Source: Ignavibacteriota bacterium
GTDB taxonomy: Bacteria > Bacteroidota > Ignavibacteria > UBA10030
Assembly: GCA_963701295.1 (NCBI GenBank)
Contig: OY969585.1
Location: 1,408,001 to 1,472,000 of the forward strand
DNA: 64,000 nt
Direction: 5' to 3'
The position numbers were made by a program, and so were the translations under genes. Below the pieces are notes generated by a model that searched no databases, was not told the DNA's origin, and saw nothing but the letters and a program-made list of their open reading frames with translations. Below, piece after piece: positions 1 through 11,417 of this stretch (its first letter is position 1; each line of letters starts with the position of its first letter).

Positions 1-91
1 TGGAGTGAATAGAAATAACGAGAGTTGTACATGTGATGCTGAAGTGACAGACTCACGATGGGACACGCTGAAGAAGCTATCTCATAACTAA
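1..91 (+). CDS. yceD: 3' end of DUF177/YceD family protein (truncated by window start)
   Basis: Frame from nt 2 reads GVNRNNESCTCDAEVTDSRWDTLKKLSHN*, like the DUF177 C-terminal CxC...DxRW..L motif; sits directly upstream of rpmF, the usual context. Confidence 0.75.
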   Translation, partial: GVNRNNESCTCDAEVTDSRWDTLKKLSHN

Positions 92-130
92 TTGAAAGCG
101 AAAAGAGAATATTATTGAAGGAAAAACTAT

Positions 131-313
131 ATGCCTAATCCTAAACGACGACATTCCAAAGCCCGTGGGCGTAAACGCCGAACGCACTACAAGGCGTCAG
201 TTCCGTCAACGCAGGAGTGCCCAAATTGCCACGAGCAAAAACTGCAACATCGGGCGTGTCCCCACTGTGGATTTTATAACGGCCGCTCCATCGTCACTCC
301 GAAGGAAACCTAA
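131..313 (+). CDS. rpmF: 50S ribosomal protein L32 (zinc-ribbon type)
   Basis: MPNPKRRHSKARGRKRR N-terminus, CPNC...CPHCGFY; upstream of plsX. Confidence 0.97.
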   Translation: MPNPKRRHSKARGRKRRTHYKASVPSTQECPNCHEQKLQHRACPHCGFYNGRSIVTPKET

Positions 314-363
314 TAAGCAGGACGCGTTTTGGTGCCGGATAACTGGTCTCTGAAGCGAATCTC

Positions 364-1383
364 ATGGAATCCCCCAAGAAATTACGTATCGCAATTGATG
401 CAATGGGAGGAGACTATGCACCCGAGCGGGAAATTGCCGGCGCCGTAGAAGCTCGCCGAACATCAAACGGGAAATTCGAAATCATTCTTGTGGGAGATGA
501 ACAAGCTATTCGTCGTCAGCTTTTTGAGCAGAAAGCGAATGATCTTCCTTGGAAAATTGTGCACGCATCGCAGATTATCACAATGGAAGATTCACCGACC
601 GCGGCACTGAAGCAAAAGAAAGATTCTTCCCTCGCTGTCGGAATGCGTCTCCATCAGGAAAGAAAAGCAGATGCCTTTGTCAGCGTCGGTAATACAGGTG
701 CGGTACTCTCAGCGGCGACACTTATTTTGGGACGTATCAAGGGCGTCAGCCGTCCAACGATCGGGACATTTATCCCGGCAGAGCATGGCACATGTTTACT
801 GGTAGATGCGGGTGCCAATGTTGATTGTCGTGCGCAACAGCTTTATGAGTTTGCGGTAATGGGAAGTATCTATATCCAATTGCTCCGGAAAAAAGAACGC
901 CCTACAATCGCCCTTCTCAATATTGGAGAGGAAGAATCTAAAGGTACAGAAGCCGTCATAAAAGCGTATAAGCTTCTTTCGGCAAGCACGCTCAATTTTA
1001 TTGGTAATGTTGAAGGACGGGATATTTTAAAAGCGAAAGCCGATGTTGTTGTATGCGATGGTTTTACCGGTAATAGTATTTTAAAATTCGGTGAGAGTGT
1101 TCCTGGGTTCTTGAAGAGTAAATTGAGACAGTTTGCAGAACAAGGATTTATAAACAAGATTGCTGTCGGCCTTGCCTTGTGGCCTCTCAAAGCATCCCTC
1201 AGTGATATGGATCCAAACAAAGAAGGTGGTGTGCCGGTATTGGGGGTGAAAGGTGTCACTATCATAGGTCATGGAAGTTCGACAGCAATAGGAATCAAGA
1301 ATATGATTCTCCGTGCTGCTGAAGTAGCACACACACAGGTAAACCGAGATATTGAAGCGGCATTACTAGTCCCTGTTTTATAA
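364..1383 (+). CDS. plsX: Phosphate acyltransferase PlsX
   Basis: IAIDAMGGDYAP, GNTGA, DAGANVD, GNVEGRD, VCDGFTGN, IGHGSS motifs. Confidence 0.97.
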   Translation: MESPKKLRIAIDAMGGDYAPEREIAGAVEARRTSNGKFEIILVGDEQAIRRQLFEQKANDLPWKIVHASQIITMEDSPTAALKQKKDSSLAVGMRLHQERKADAFVSVGNTGAVLSAATLILGRIKGVSRPTIGTFIPAEHGTCLLVDAGANVDCRAQQLYEFAVMGSIYIQLLRKKERPTIALLNIGEEESKGTEAVIKAYKLLSASTLNFIGNVEGRDILKAKADVVVCDGFTGNSILKFGESVPGFLKSKLRQFAEQGFINKIAVGLALWPLKASLSDMDPNKEGGVPVLGVKGVTIIGHGSSTAIGIKNMILRAAEVAHTQVNRDIEAALLVPVL

Positions 1384-1394
1384 AAAAGGAAAAG

Positions 1395-2405
1395 ATGGAA
1401 TTACGACGAGCAACAATTACAGCAGTTAGTCATTATGTTCCTGAAAAGATACTCTCAAATTCTGATCTTGAGAAGATGGTTGAAACGAACGATGAATGGA
1501 TTCGTACTCGTACGGGTATTCGTGAGCGGCATATTCTCGAAAAAGGAGCGACTTCAGATTTAGTAGTAAAAGCAGTTCAACAGTTGCTGACAAATCGCGG
1601 TATCGGTGCTGCGGAGATTGACCTGATCATCGTTGCCACTATTACACCGGACATGATGTTGCCGACAACAGCATGTCTTGTGCAGGATAGAATCGGAGCA
1701 CGAAATGCATGGGCGTTTGATCTCAATGCGGCATGTTCTGGATTTCTCTTTGGTCTTAGTGTCGGTGCACGGTTCATTGAGACTGGAGTGCATTCCAAGA
1801 TCATCGTCGTTGGAGCGGATAAGATGAGTTCCATTACCGATTATACTGATCGGAACACATGTATTCTATTTGGTGATGCGGCAGGGGCAGTATTGCTTGA
1901 GCCGACCAACGAGAAAGAGTACGGCATTCTAGATCAGTGCTTCTATAGTGATGGTTCCGGCGGCAAGTATCTCCATGTGAAAGGTGGCGGAAGTTTGAAC
2001 CCGCCGACTCATGAAACCATCGACAAAAAGATGCACTATGTGTATCAGGATGGTAAGTCGGTTTTTAAGAGCGCTGTTATAGGAATGGCTGATGTTGCGG
2101 CGGAAATCTTGGAACGCAACCATTTACAAGGGAAAGATATTGCCTGGCTTGTCCCGCATCAGGCAAATCTTCGCATCATCGATGCGACAGCACAACGTAT
2201 GGGTATTGATCGCAGCAAAGTGATGATCAATATCGATCGGTATGGCAATACAACAGCGGCAACAATTCCGCTTTGTTTATCCGAATGGTGGCAAGCAGGT
2301 CAGTTAAAACGCGGACAGAAAATTGTACTTGCAGCATTTGGCGCCGGCTACACTTGGGGCGCAACACTGATGAATTGGTCATTAACGAATCCGAAGAAGC
2401 GATAA
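1395..2405 (+). CDS. fabH: 3-oxoacyl-ACP synthase III
   Basis: AACSGF (catalytic Cys), PHQANLRII, YGNTTAA. Confidence 0.97.
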   Translation: MELRRATITAVSHYVPEKILSNSDLEKMVETNDEWIRTRTGIRERHILEKGATSDLVVKAVQQLLTNRGIGAAEIDLIIVATITPDMMLPTTACLVQDRIGARNAWAFDLNAACSGFLFGLSVGARFIETGVHSKIIVVGADKMSSITDYTDRNTCILFGDAAGAVLLEPTNEKEYGILDQCFYSDGSGGKYLHVKGGGSLNPPTHETIDKKMHYVYQDGKSVFKSAVIGMADVAAEILERNHLQGKDIAWLVPHQANLRIIDATAQRMGIDRSKVMINIDRYGNTTAATIPLCLSEWWQAGQLKRGQKIVLAAFGAGYTWGATLMNWSLTNPKKR

Positions 2406-2407
2406 CG

Positions 2408-3334
2408 ATGCTCAAGACTGCATTTGTTTTTCCGGGACAAGGATCGCAATATGTCGGTATGGGGAAAGACCTTTATGAAGGGAATACTCAAGCCAAAGAA
2501 CTTTTTAGCAAAGCGGATGAGACGCTCAGTATTTCTCTTAGTAAAATTTGTTTTAACGGACCGGATGAAGAATTGAGACAAACAAAGAATACACAACCTG
2601 CAATATTTCTCCACAGTGTTGTGTTGTTCAGTCTGATGAAAAACAAAAAATTCGAAATGGCGGCCGGACATTCTCTTGGCGAATATTCTGCACTGGTCGC
2701 AGCAGGTGCATTGACGTTTGAGGACGGATTGAAACTTGTCCGATTGCGCGGTGAGTTAATGCAACAAGCTGGCGTTGTACAACCGGGAACCATGGCAGCT
2801 ATTGTCGGCCTTGATCCAAAAACGGTCAATGGAATCTGTGCTGAGGCATCCTCGGCGGGTATAGTGCAAGCGGCGAATTTTAATTCGCCGGGTCAGATTG
2901 TCATCTCCGGTTCGGTTACGGGAGTACGAAAAGCAATGGAGCTTGCAAAAACACGCGGTGCAAAAATCGTTAAAGAACTTCCGGTAAGCGGTGCGTTTCA
3001 TTCACCATTGATGAAATCAGCGCAAGCAGGATTAAAAGAGGCATTAGACAAAACGGAGATTCAAGATGCGGCGATCCCGGTCTATGTCAATGTTACAGCC
3101 AGGCCCGTTCATCATGCGGATGAAATCAGGAGTTTACTCTATAGACAATTGACGAGCCCTGTACGTTGGGAAGAAAGTATTACAAACATGATTGCCGACG
3201 GTGCGATAACATTTACGGAAATTGGCCCTGGAAAAGTACTTCAAGGGTTGGTAAAACGGATCGACGGGAATGTTAAGACGTGCGGATTTGAAAAATTGGC
3301 TGATGTCACAGGTACAGATATAGTATCGAATTAA
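2408..3334 (+). CDS. fabD: Malonyl-CoA:ACP transacylase
   Basis: Start moved to ATG 2408 (MLKTAFVFPGQGSQ); GHSLGEY, SGAFHS, EIGPGKVL. Confidence 0.96.
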   Translation: MLKTAFVFPGQGSQYVGMGKDLYEGNTQAKELFSKADETLSISLSKICFNGPDEELRQTKNTQPAIFLHSVVLFSLMKNKKFEMAAGHSLGEYSALVAAGALTFEDGLKLVRLRGELMQQAGVVQPGTMAAIVGLDPKTVNGICAEASSAGIVQAANFNSPGQIVISGSVTGVRKAMELAKTRGAKIVKELPVSGAFHSPLMKSAQAGLKEALDKTEIQDAAIPVYVNVTARPVHHADEIRSLLYRQLTSPVRWEESITNMIADGAITFTEIGPGKVLQGLVKRIDGNVKTCGFEKLADVTGTDIVSN

Positions 3335-3397
3335 TGGAATGATCTATAATGAGTAATCTCAATATATTTTCAGTATTATGTAAAGATAAGGAATAGT

Positions 3398-4144
3398 ATG
3401 GGTGTTCTCGATAAAAAAGTAGCATTAGTCACAGGTGGCGCACGTGGCATCGGCAGGGAAATAGCATCAAAGCTTGCATCGGAAGGTGCCCATGTGGCGT
3501 TTACTGATATCCGGTTAGAGGGAGCGGCAGACGAAGTTGTGAACTTAATCCGTGCAAAAGGTGTTCGAGCAATGGCAATTCAATCGGATGTAAGGAACTT
3601 CGCCGAAGCACAGAATGCGATTGATGCGGTTGTAAAAGAGTATCAACGAATCGATATTCTGGTGAACAATGCAGGAATTACTCGGGACAATCTAATTATG
3701 CGAATGTCGGAAGACGAATGGGATTCTGTCATCGCTATTAATTTGAAAGGTACGTTTAATTTTTGTAAAGCTGCGAGCCGGCAAATGATCGGCCAGAGAG
3801 AAGGAAAGATCGTCAATATCGCTTCGGTTGTGGGAGTAATGGGCAATGCCGGTCAAGTAAATTATTCTGCATCAAAGGCAGGCGTTATAGGCCTTACCAA
3901 AACACTTGCAAAAGAGTTCGCATCTCGCAATATTCAAGTGAATGCTGTGGCACCGGGATTCATCGATACGGAAATGACACAGAAATTAACTCCCCAACAA
4001 CGCGAGGCCCTTTTGGGTGCAATTCCCATGAAAAGAATAGCAAAGCCGGAAGAAATTGCAAGTGTCGTAGTATTTCTTGCTTCACCAGCCGCAAGCTATA
4101 TCACCGGTCAGGTAATCAATGTAGATGGCGGACTTGTCATGTAA
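3398..4144 (+). CDS. fabG: 3-oxoacyl-ACP reductase
   Basis: [29 protein letters not shown]; fab context. Confidence 0.96.
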   Translation: MGVLDKKVALVTGGARGIGREIASKLASEGAHVAFTDIRLEGAADEVVNLIRAKGVRAMAIQSDVRNFAEAQNAIDAVVKEYQRIDILVNNAGITRDNLIMRMSEDEWDSVIAINLKGTFNFCKAASRQMIGQREGKIVNIASVVGVMGNAGQVNYSASKAGVIGLTKTLAKEFASRNIQVNAVAPGFIDTEMTQKLTPQQREALLGAIPMKRIAKPEEIASVVVFLASPAASYITGQVINVDGGLVM

Positions 4145-4197
4145 ATGAAATAATCAACCAAAACGTAATATCCTAAAACAATCTAAGGAGTAATACA

Positions 4198-4434
4198 ATG
4201 GCAGATTCTACTGAGAAAGTGAAAGAGATCATCGTCTCAAAATTAGGCGTTGATGCAGCTCAAGTAACACCGGAAGCATCTTTCACAAACGATCTCGGTG
4301 CCGATTCGCTCGATACAGTTGAGCTGGTCATGGAGTTCGAGAAAGCATTCAACATTCAAATCCCGGATGAAGATGCCGAAAAAATTGCCAGTGTTGGCGA
4401 TGTGATTAATTACCTGAAGTCAAAAGGTTTATAA
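4198..4434 (+). CDS. acpP: Acyl carrier protein
   Basis: [14 protein letters not shown] phosphopantetheine site; AAGGAG RBS upstream. Confidence 0.98.
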   Translation: MADSTEKVKEIIVSKLGVDAAQVTPEASFTNDLGADSLDTVELVMEFEKAFNIQIPDEDAEKIASVGDVINYLKSKGL

Positions 4435-4568
4435 TTGCCCTCGGCATATAGCAGTAACGAGAGCAACAAATTGAATCAGAGGAGCTCTCTCTTTTTTGAG
4501 AATTATCACGCGGGGCGTATAGAAGTTTTCTGCGCCTCGCATCATTTTCGATTGATGAGGAAGAAGAT

Positions 4569-5831
4569 ATGGCAGTGGATGAAAGCAGGCGGCGTGTAGT
4601 AGTGACAGGGATGGGTGTTATTACTCCCCTCGGCAACACTGTACAGGAATATTGGCAAGCATTGATTGAGGGAAAAAGCGGTGCCGGGCCGATTACGCTT
4701 TTCGATGCGAGTAACTTCGAAACGAAGTTTGCCTGCGAAGTAAAGGGATTCGATCCGATGAAGTATATGGATCGAAAACTTGCGCAGCGCGCCGATCTCT
4801 TTACATTGTACGGAATTGCTGCTTGCAAGGAAGCGATGAAAGATTCAGGTTTGAATCTCGAGAAAGAAGATCTTGAACGCATAGGCGTCATCTTTGGCTC
4901 CGGAATTGGCGGGATGTGGACATACCACAAGCAATTCATGAATTATATCGATGGCAAAGGACCGCGCCTTATCAGCCCATTCTTCATTCCCATGTTGATT
5001 CCGGATATTGCCGCAGGCCGCATCTCAATGATTTACGGTCTGAAAGGCCCAAACTATGCAACCGTATCTGCATGTGCAACATCTTCTCATGCTATAGGAG
5101 ACGCCTTCATGCTGATCCAGCGTGGGAATGCAGATATCATGGTGACAGGAGGCGGTGAGGCAAGTATCTGTCCGATGGGTATCGGTGGATTCAATGCCTT
5201 AAGAGCTTTATCTACGCGCAACGACGCTCCTCAGAAAGCCAGCCGTCCGTTTGATAAAGGTCGTGATGGTTTTGTGATGGGCGAGGGCAGTGGAATTCTT
5301 GTGTTGGAAGAACGTAAGCATGCTATGAATCGCGGCGCGAAAATTTACGCTGAACTTTCCGGTATTGGTTTCACCGGTGATGCGCACCATATCACTGAGC
5401 CAGCTCCGGGTGGAGAAGGCGCAGTGCGAGCTATGCGCATCGCCATTCGCGATGCAGGATTAATACCGGAAGATATCGACCATGTGAACACTCATGGCAC
5501 ATCAACACCTCCAGGTGATAGAAGTGAAACTGCCGCCATCAAAACGGTTTTTGGGGAACGTGCTAAAAAAATTGCTATCAATTCCACAAAGTCAATGGTA
5601 GGTCATCTCCTTGGCGCAGCGGGTGTCGTCGAAGCGGTTGCCACTATTATGGCAATTCAAAATAATAAAGTACATCCGACGATTAATCAAGAGACACCCG
5701 ATCCGGAATGCGATTTGAATTACATCCCGAATAAAGCACAAGATTGGAATGTTAACGTAGCGATCAGCAATACGTTTGGATTCGGAGGTCATAACGCAAC
5801 CCTTCTATTTAGAAGGTATCAAGAAAGCTAA
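4569..5831 (+). CDS. fabF: 3-oxoacyl-ACP synthase II
   Basis: RRVVVTGMG, SACATS, HGTSTP, GHLLGAAG, SNTFGFGGHN. Confidence 0.97.
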   Translation: MAVDESRRRVVVTGMGVITPLGNTVQEYWQALIEGKSGAGPITLFDASNFETKFACEVKGFDPMKYMDRKLAQRADLFTLYGIAACKEAMKDSGLNLEKEDLERIGVIFGSGIGGMWTYHKQFMNYIDGKGPRLISPFFIPMLIPDIAAGRISMIYGLKGPNYATVSACATSSHAIGDAFMLIQRGNADIMVTGGGEASICPMGIGGFNALRALSTRNDAPQKASRPFDKGRDGFVMGEGSGILVLEERKHAMNRGAKIYAELSGIGFTGDAHHITEPAPGGEGAVRAMRIAIRDAGLIPEDIDHVNTHGTSTPPGDRSETAAIKTVFGERAKKIAINSTKSMVGHLLGAAGVVEAVATIMAIQNNKVHPTINQETPDPECDLNYIPNKAQDWNVNVAISNTFGFGGHNATLLFRRYQES

Positions 5832-5850
5832 ACCTTCCCACAGGTAGTTC

Positions 5851-6714
5851 GTGGGGGATGAAAGATTTGTGTTGAATAACATCATCAATCGGGTTCGTTG
5901 CCGATTCCACCTACTTTGTTTTTCTTTTCTCTCACGGGATGCGCTGGTCAAGTCCCTTGTCGAGAAACTCCGCTCCACAGGGTTTGATTTTGTACAGTTC
6001 GAAAAAGCTCTTCAATTCAGGCCACGAAAGTGGAAACTATTTCTTCAAGCACTGATCCATCGTTCGTACCTTCAACTCATCGATGAGCGTTGGGAATCGA
6101 ATGAACGATTGGAGTTTCTTGGTGATGCAATTCTCAGTTTTGTTGTTGCCGAACATCTCTACAGAACCTATCCTGAAATGGAAGAGGGGAATTTGACTAA
6201 ATTACGGTCACGATTGGTTAATCGGAAAATCTTAGCACAGCGTTCAAAAGACCTGCATTTGTCTGATTTTTTATTGCTTAGTACGAGTGCCGCACAATCT
6301 ATCGACAGCGGATCTGAATCGATCATCGCGGATGCGTTTGAATCCATCATTGGAGCCTTGTATTTGGATGGAGGATTTGCGGCGGCAAAGAGGTTCATCT
6401 ATGCGTCTTTGTTGGAGAATCCAGAAGTGTTCAACTCAGCCATGATGGACGATAACTATAAAAGTGCGCTGTTAGAATTTGTACAAGCCCGTTCATTGGG
6501 TATTCCACGCTATTCAGTTACCCAGGAAGAAGGTCCTGAACATGACAGGCGTTTTACGGTGGAAGTTACTATAGGTGCGCATTCATGGGGTGTTGGATCC
6601 GGGCGAAGTAAAAAAGAGGCTGAACAGTCTGCTGCTGCTGCTGCCCTTGAGCGTATCCAAAAACAAAAAGTAAATTCCCATCCTGAGAATGTACATGAAA
6701 CATCGGCAAAGTGA
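5851..6714 (+). CDS. rnc: Ribonuclease III (start uncertain, may be further downstream)
   Basis: [12 protein letters not shown] signature, [15 protein letters not shown]-terminal dsRBD (YKSALLE...GPEHDRRF...GRSKKEAEQ). Confidence 0.95.
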   Translation: MGDERFVLNNIINRVRCRFHLLCFSFLSRDALVKSLVEKLRSTGFDFVQFEKALQFRPRKWKLFLQALIHRSYLQLIDERWESNERLEFLGDAILSFVVAEHLYRTYPEMEEGNLTKLRSRLVNRKILAQRSKDLHLSDFLLLSTSAAQSIDSGSESIIADAFESIIGALYLDGGFAAAKRFIYASLLENPEVFNSAMMDDNYKSALLEFVQARSLGIPRYSVTQEEGPEHDRRFTVEVTIGAHSWGVGSGRSKKEAEQSAAAAALERIQKQKVNSHPENVHETSAK

Positions 6715-9589
6715 ATTCCTTGTGCGGCATCTTGGCCCGCGTGAGCAAGAGGTGACCGAGATGCTCAAGATCATCGGTGTCCGTTCAATCGATGAACTGA
6801 TCGACCAGACTATTCCTGACGGCATCCGAAAAAAGCAACAGATCCAAATGGAGCCTGCGAAAACAGAGTTCGAGATGCTCAAAGAACTCCGTGAGATCGC
6901 GAAGAAGAATGTAGTGCTTCAATCGTGTCTTGGTCAGGGCTATTACAACTGCATAACACCAAGTGTGATACAACGAAATATTTTTGAAAACCCAGGCTGG
7001 TATACGCAGTACACGCCGTATCAGCCGGAAATTTCGCAGGGGCGGCTTGAGGCTCTCTTGAATTTTCAAACTATGGTTGCAGACCTTACCGGAATGCCCG
7101 TCGCGAATGCCTCACTCCTCGATGAAGGCACTGCAGCTGCTGAAGCAATGGCAATGGCTTATGGAATTGTGAACAAGTCTCCCCAAGGAACGTCGAATAA
7201 ATTCTTTGTCTCAGCACGCTGCTTTCGCCAAACGATTGACGTTGTCCTTACGCGTGCAACACCGCACAATATTGAAGTCGTTGTTGGCAATCCTGAAACG
7301 GTGAGCTTCGACAATACATTCTTCGGCGCACTGGTTCAATATCCGGGAGAAGATGGAGCGGTAGTCAATCTGCGGCCGTTCATCAAGAAAGTGCATGATG
7401 CCGGTGCTGTAGCGATCATGGCAACAGATTTGCTCGCATTAGCATTGCTCACACCGCCGGGTGAATTTGATGCAGACATTGTCATTGGCAACTCTCAACG
7501 TTTCGGAATTCCTCTTGGCTACGGTGGACCGCATGCGGCGTTCTTCGCAACAAAGAACGAATATATCCGTACGATGCCCGGCCGCATCATCGGTGTCTCT
7601 CTTGACGCTCAGAAGAACACTGCGTATCGCATGACACTCCAGACACGTGAGCAGCACATTCGCCGCGAGAAAGCGACATCGAACATTTGCACTGCGCAGG
7701 CATTGCTGGCAATTATGTCGGGCATGTACGCCGTCTATCACGGAGAAGAAGGCATCAAGAATATTGCCTCACGCGTTCATCGCTTGACAATGTTGATGGA
7801 AGTTGAATTAAAGAAACGTGGTTTCGTACAGCTAAACGAAAATTATTTTGACACGCTACGGATTCAGGTTGCCGACAAGAAGCATGCAGAACGCATTCTT
7901 CAACTTGCCGTCAAGGCAGGATACAACCTGCGATTTATAGAAGATAAGTACATTGGCATCTCGTTGGATGAAACATCCACACTCGAAGACATTGAAACAA
8001 TTCTGAACGCATTTACACAGATAAAGGGAGAACCGGTCAAAGCGGGCTCTCTTGATGATTCCTTTGGAGCGATAGCGGTTTCGTATCCGTCTCAGTTTCA
8101 ACGCACGACCACATTTCTTCAGCATCCGATATTTCATTCGTATCAATCTGAAACAGCAATGATGCGATATATCAAAAGTCTGGAAAATAAAGACCTTTCG
8201 CTTACTGCTTCCATGATTCCACTTGGTTCCTGCACTATGAAGCTGAATGCCGCGACGGAATTGCTTCCACTTACGTGGCCGGAATTTGCCTGCATACATC
8301 CGTTTGTGCCGGTCGAACAGGCAATGGGATATTATAAAATCTTTCGAGAATTGGAAAAAGCACTCTGCAAAACAACGGGTTTTGCATCAGTGTCGCTTCA
8401 GCCAAATTCCGGGGCACAGGGTGAGTTCGCAGGTCTTCTTGTTATTCGTGCGTATCATCAAGATCACGGACAGCCCCAGCGTGTTGTGACACTTATTCCG
8501 TCATCCGCACATGGAACAAATCCTGCAAGTGCAGTGATGGCGGGAATGAACGTTGTTGTTGTCAATTGTGATGCGCAGGGTAATATTGATGTAGATGATC
8601 TTCGCGCTAAGGCAGTTCAGCACAGAGAGACACTTGCTGCGTTGATGGTGACGTACCCATCCACCCATGGCGTGTTTGAGGAACGCATCAAAGAAATGTG
8701 TAACATCGTTCATCAAAACGGCGGTTTGGTATATATGGATGGCGCAAATCTCAATGCGCAAGTCGGACTTACGTCTCCCGCTGAAATCGGCGCCGATGTG
8801 TGTCATATCAATTTGCATAAGACTTTTGCTATTCCACATGGCGGTGGTGGACCAGGTATGGGACCGATTTGCGTGACGAAACAGCTTGCACCTTACTTGC
8901 CCGGACATCCAATTGTGAAAGTCGGCGGAGAGAAAGCAGTCCACGCAGTATCTTCTGCGCCGTGGGGAAGCGCGAACATTTTGCTTATCTCGTATGCCTA
9001 TATCAAGATGCTTGGAATCGAAGGGTTAACGGATGTGACCAAAATTGCAATCCTCAATGCCAACTATCTGAAATCTCAACTGGAAAAACACTTTCCCGTT
9101 CTCTATCAAGGCAAGAACGGCAGAGTGGGGCATGAGTTTATATTAAACATGAAACAGTTCAAAGAACAGACAGGCATCGAAGTGGAAGATATTGCCAAAC
9201 GGCTTATGGATTATGGTTTCCATGCGCCGACCGTATCGTTCCCTGTACATGATACACTGATGATTGAACCGACGGAAAGCGAACCAAAGGCTGAACTTGA
9301 TCGTTTTGTTGATGCGATGATTGCTATTCGGAAAGAATTACAGGATATCGTCGACGGCACATCAGACAAGACCGACAATCCGCTGAAGAATGCACCGCAT
9401 ACAGCTGTGACGGTAACGAGCAATTCATGGAATCATCTATATTCCCGTGAACAGGCTGTGTTTCCAATTCCATCGCTGAAGAAGAATAAGTTCTGGCCGT
9501 CCGTTGGGCGGATCAACAATACGTATGGCGATCGGAATATCTTTTGTACATGTCCACCAGTGGAAGAATACAAAGAAAAATCAACGTAA
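6689..9589 (+). CDS. gcvP: Glycine dehydrogenase (decarboxylating), single-chain P protein
   Basis: [47 protein letters not shown] lysine; 966 aa; overlaps rnc stop. Confidence 0.97.
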   Translation: MYMKHRQSEFLVRHLGPREQEVTEMLKIIGVRSIDELIDQTIPDGIRKKQQIQMEPAKTEFEMLKELREIAKKNVVLQSCLGQGYYNCITPSVIQRNIFENPGWYTQYTPYQPEISQGRLEALLNFQTMVADLTGMPVANASLLDEGTAAAEAMAMAYGIVNKSPQGTSNKFFVSARCFRQTIDVVLTRATPHNIEVVVGNPETVSFDNTFFGALVQYPGEDGAVVNLRPFIKKVHDAGAVAIMATDLLALALLTPPGEFDADIVIGNSQRFGIPLGYGGPHAAFFATKNEYIRTMPGRIIGVSLDAQKNTAYRMTLQTREQHIRREKATSNICTAQALLAIMSGMYAVYHGEEGIKNIASRVHRLTMLMEVELKKRGFVQLNENYFDTLRIQVADKKHAERILQLAVKAGYNLRFIEDKYIGISLDETSTLEDIETILNAFTQIKGEPVKAGSLDDSFGAIAVSYPSQFQRTTTFLQHPIFHSYQSETAMMRYIKSLENKDLSLTASMIPLGSCTMKLNAATELLPLTWPEFACIHPFVPVEQAMGYYKIFRELEKALCKTTGFASVSLQPNSGAQGEFAGLLVIRAYHQDHGQPQRVVTLIPSSAHGTNPASAVMAGMNVVVVNCDAQGNIDVDDLRAKAVQHRETLAALMVTYPSTHGVFEERIKEMCNIVHQNGGLVYMDGANLNAQVGLTSPAEIGADVCHINLHKTFAIPHGGGGPGMGPICVTKQLAPYLPGHPIVKVGGEKAVHAVSSAPWGSANILLISYAYIKMLGIEGLTDVTKIAILNANYLKSQLEKHFPVLYQGKNGRVGHEFILNMKQFKEQTGIEVEDIAKRLMDYGFHAPTVSFPVHDTLMIEPTESEPKAELDRFVDAMIAIRKELQDIVDGTSDKTDNPLKNAPHTAVTVTSNSWNHLYSREQAVFPIPSLKKNKFWPSVGRINNTYGDRNIFCTCPPVEEYKEKST

Positions 9590-9629
9590 TCGGTTTTGAG
9601 GTACTATCTGTGTATTCAGAGAAATCACA

Positions 9630-10040
9630 ATGCCTATTGAAGACGATAAAAAGATCATAGAAATCTTCTCAACCGCAAAAACCATCGCTGTAGTCGGCGC
9701 ATCCAGCAAGCCGTTACGCGATAGTCATCGTATCACGCAGTACCTGAAGCGAGAAGGATACGATGTTCTTCCTGTCAACCCGATGTACACAGAAATTGAT
9801 GGCGAGAAATGTTATCCTAATCTTACATCCATCGAAAAACCGATTGATATTGTGGACGTGTTCCGTAATCCGGATGCAGTGGATGAGATTGTCGCAGAGG
9901 CGATTACGGTGAAGGCAAAAACCATCTGGCTCCAGCTTGGTGTTGTCAATGCGGCGGCGGCAAGGAAGGCTGAGAAAGCCGGTCTTCAAGTGGTTATGGA
10001 TCATTGTATCGCAATCGACCACTCCCGCTTGACGCGATAA
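9630..10040 (+). CDS. CoA-binding protein (YccU-like)
   Basis: IAVVGAS, PVNP, IDIVDVFR, IWLQLG, VVMDHC pattern. Confidence 0.88.
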   Translation: MPIEDDKKIIEIFSTAKTIAVVGASSKPLRDSHRITQYLKREGYDVLPVNPMYTEIDGEKCYPNLTSIEKPIDIVDVFRNPDAVDEIVAEAITVKAKTIWLQLGVVNAAAARKAEKAGLQVVMDHCIAIDHSRLTR

Positions 10041-10071
10041 GAGACGCAAGCGAGAACATGCAGAACGGTGG

Positions 10072-11403
10072 TTGCTTTATAGTAAGAAGGATATTTCAAT
10101 TTGGAGATCTGTGATAAAACATTCAAAATTGCTGTTGTTGGGTTTCATATTCACCTCTTCGCTTGAAGCACGGTGGGTGTCTGATTCCATTTTGACTGTA
10201 AATGACATACAAATACTTGGCAACCATACAACGAAGGAATATGTTATTCTCCGCGAAATGTCCATACAACCAGGTGATACATTGACACAAGAAGCGATCG
10301 AACGCGATCGAAATAATATTTACAATCTTGGCCTCTTCAATAAAGTAGATGTAGAATATTCTGTTCGTCAAAATACTGCATCAGTCTTTGTTATTGTCTC
10401 AGAACGATGGTATTTTGTTCCGTATCCGATACTAGGAATGAAATATCGTGACCCGTCAAAGCTGTATTACGGAGCGGGAGTGATGGACCAAAATTTTCGC
10501 GGACGCAATGAGAAGGTGTACGCAAGCTTCGGTTTTGGGTACGATCGGTGGTCCATGTTGAATTATCAAAATCCAAAAGTGACGGACAATGATGATATTT
10601 ATTTCAGTGGAGCATTCGCGGTCCAAAAAGTGCACAACCTGAGCAGCAGTTACGGTGAATATGAGAATTCAAATATTTTCTTGAATGGAACTATTGGAAA
10701 ACGTTTTGGTTTGTATCAAACGTTTTCCGGCACAGTGGGGTATGAAGTTTGGCAGGTCAACGAACCGCAAATGGACCGTACCGTTTCATCATCGGGACGC
10801 GATGCATTCCTCACAGCATCCATACAGTATAGGTATGATACACGGGACAACCGTGAATATACAACGGATGGTTCACTGATCTCACTCGGCATAAGTAAGA
10901 GCGGATTCGGGGAATCGGAAATGAACCTGACCGGATGCGCATACGACTTACGGCAGTTCTTTGGATTCAACAGCGGGAGCGCTCTTGGTGTACGAACAAT
11001 AGGATCGTTTACTTGGGGCGGGGTGATTCCTCCGTACCGGCATGTCTTTTTCGGATACGATGAGCGTATCCGCGGATTCTTCTACAAGACATTTGAAGCA
11101 GAAAATAGAATAGGCATGAACGCCGAACTACGGTTACCAATTCTTATGCCGCGTTACCTTGAGATTAATTCCTTCGGTATTCCCGAGTTCCAAAAACTAC
11201 GCTACGGTCTGTACTTTGCCATCTTTGCCGATGCAGGAAAACTGTGGTCGCGTCATCAGGTCTTGTCGGAACAACCGTGGTATTCCGGTGTGGGTGCTGT
11301 ATTTCAATTTCTCTTACCATATGGATTCAATATTCAAACGGGGGCAGCGTTCAATAATCTCGGAACCACGGAAGAATTCATCGACTTTGATACATCATTT
11401 TAG
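10072..11403 (+). CDS. Omp85/BamA-TamA family outer membrane protein with one POTRA domain
   Basis: POTRA (GNHTTKEYVILREM...NLGLF), NFRGRNE, YDTRD, IRGF, FADAG, terminal Phe; start uncertain. Confidence 0.8.
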   Translation: MLYSKKDISIWRSVIKHSKLLLLGFIFTSSLEARWVSDSILTVNDIQILGNHTTKEYVILREMSIQPGDTLTQEAIERDRNNIYNLGLFNKVDVEYSVRQNTASVFVIVSERWYFVPYPILGMKYRDPSKLYYGAGVMDQNFRGRNEKVYASFGFGYDRWSMLNYQNPKVTDNDDIYFSGAFAVQKVHNLSSSYGEYENSNIFLNGTIGKRFGLYQTFSGTVGYEVWQVNEPQMDRTVSSSGRDAFLTASIQYRYDTRDNREYTTDGSLISLGISKSGFGESEMNLTGCAYDLRQFFGFNSGSALGVRTIGSFTWGGVIPPYRHVFFGYDERIRGFFYKTFEAENRIGMNAELRLPILMPRYLEINSFGIPEFQKLRYGLYFAIFADAGKLWSRHQVLSEQPWYSGVGAVFQFLLPYGFNIQTGAAFNNLGTTEEFIDFDTSF

Positions 11404-11417
11404 TTGAGTCATCATCC

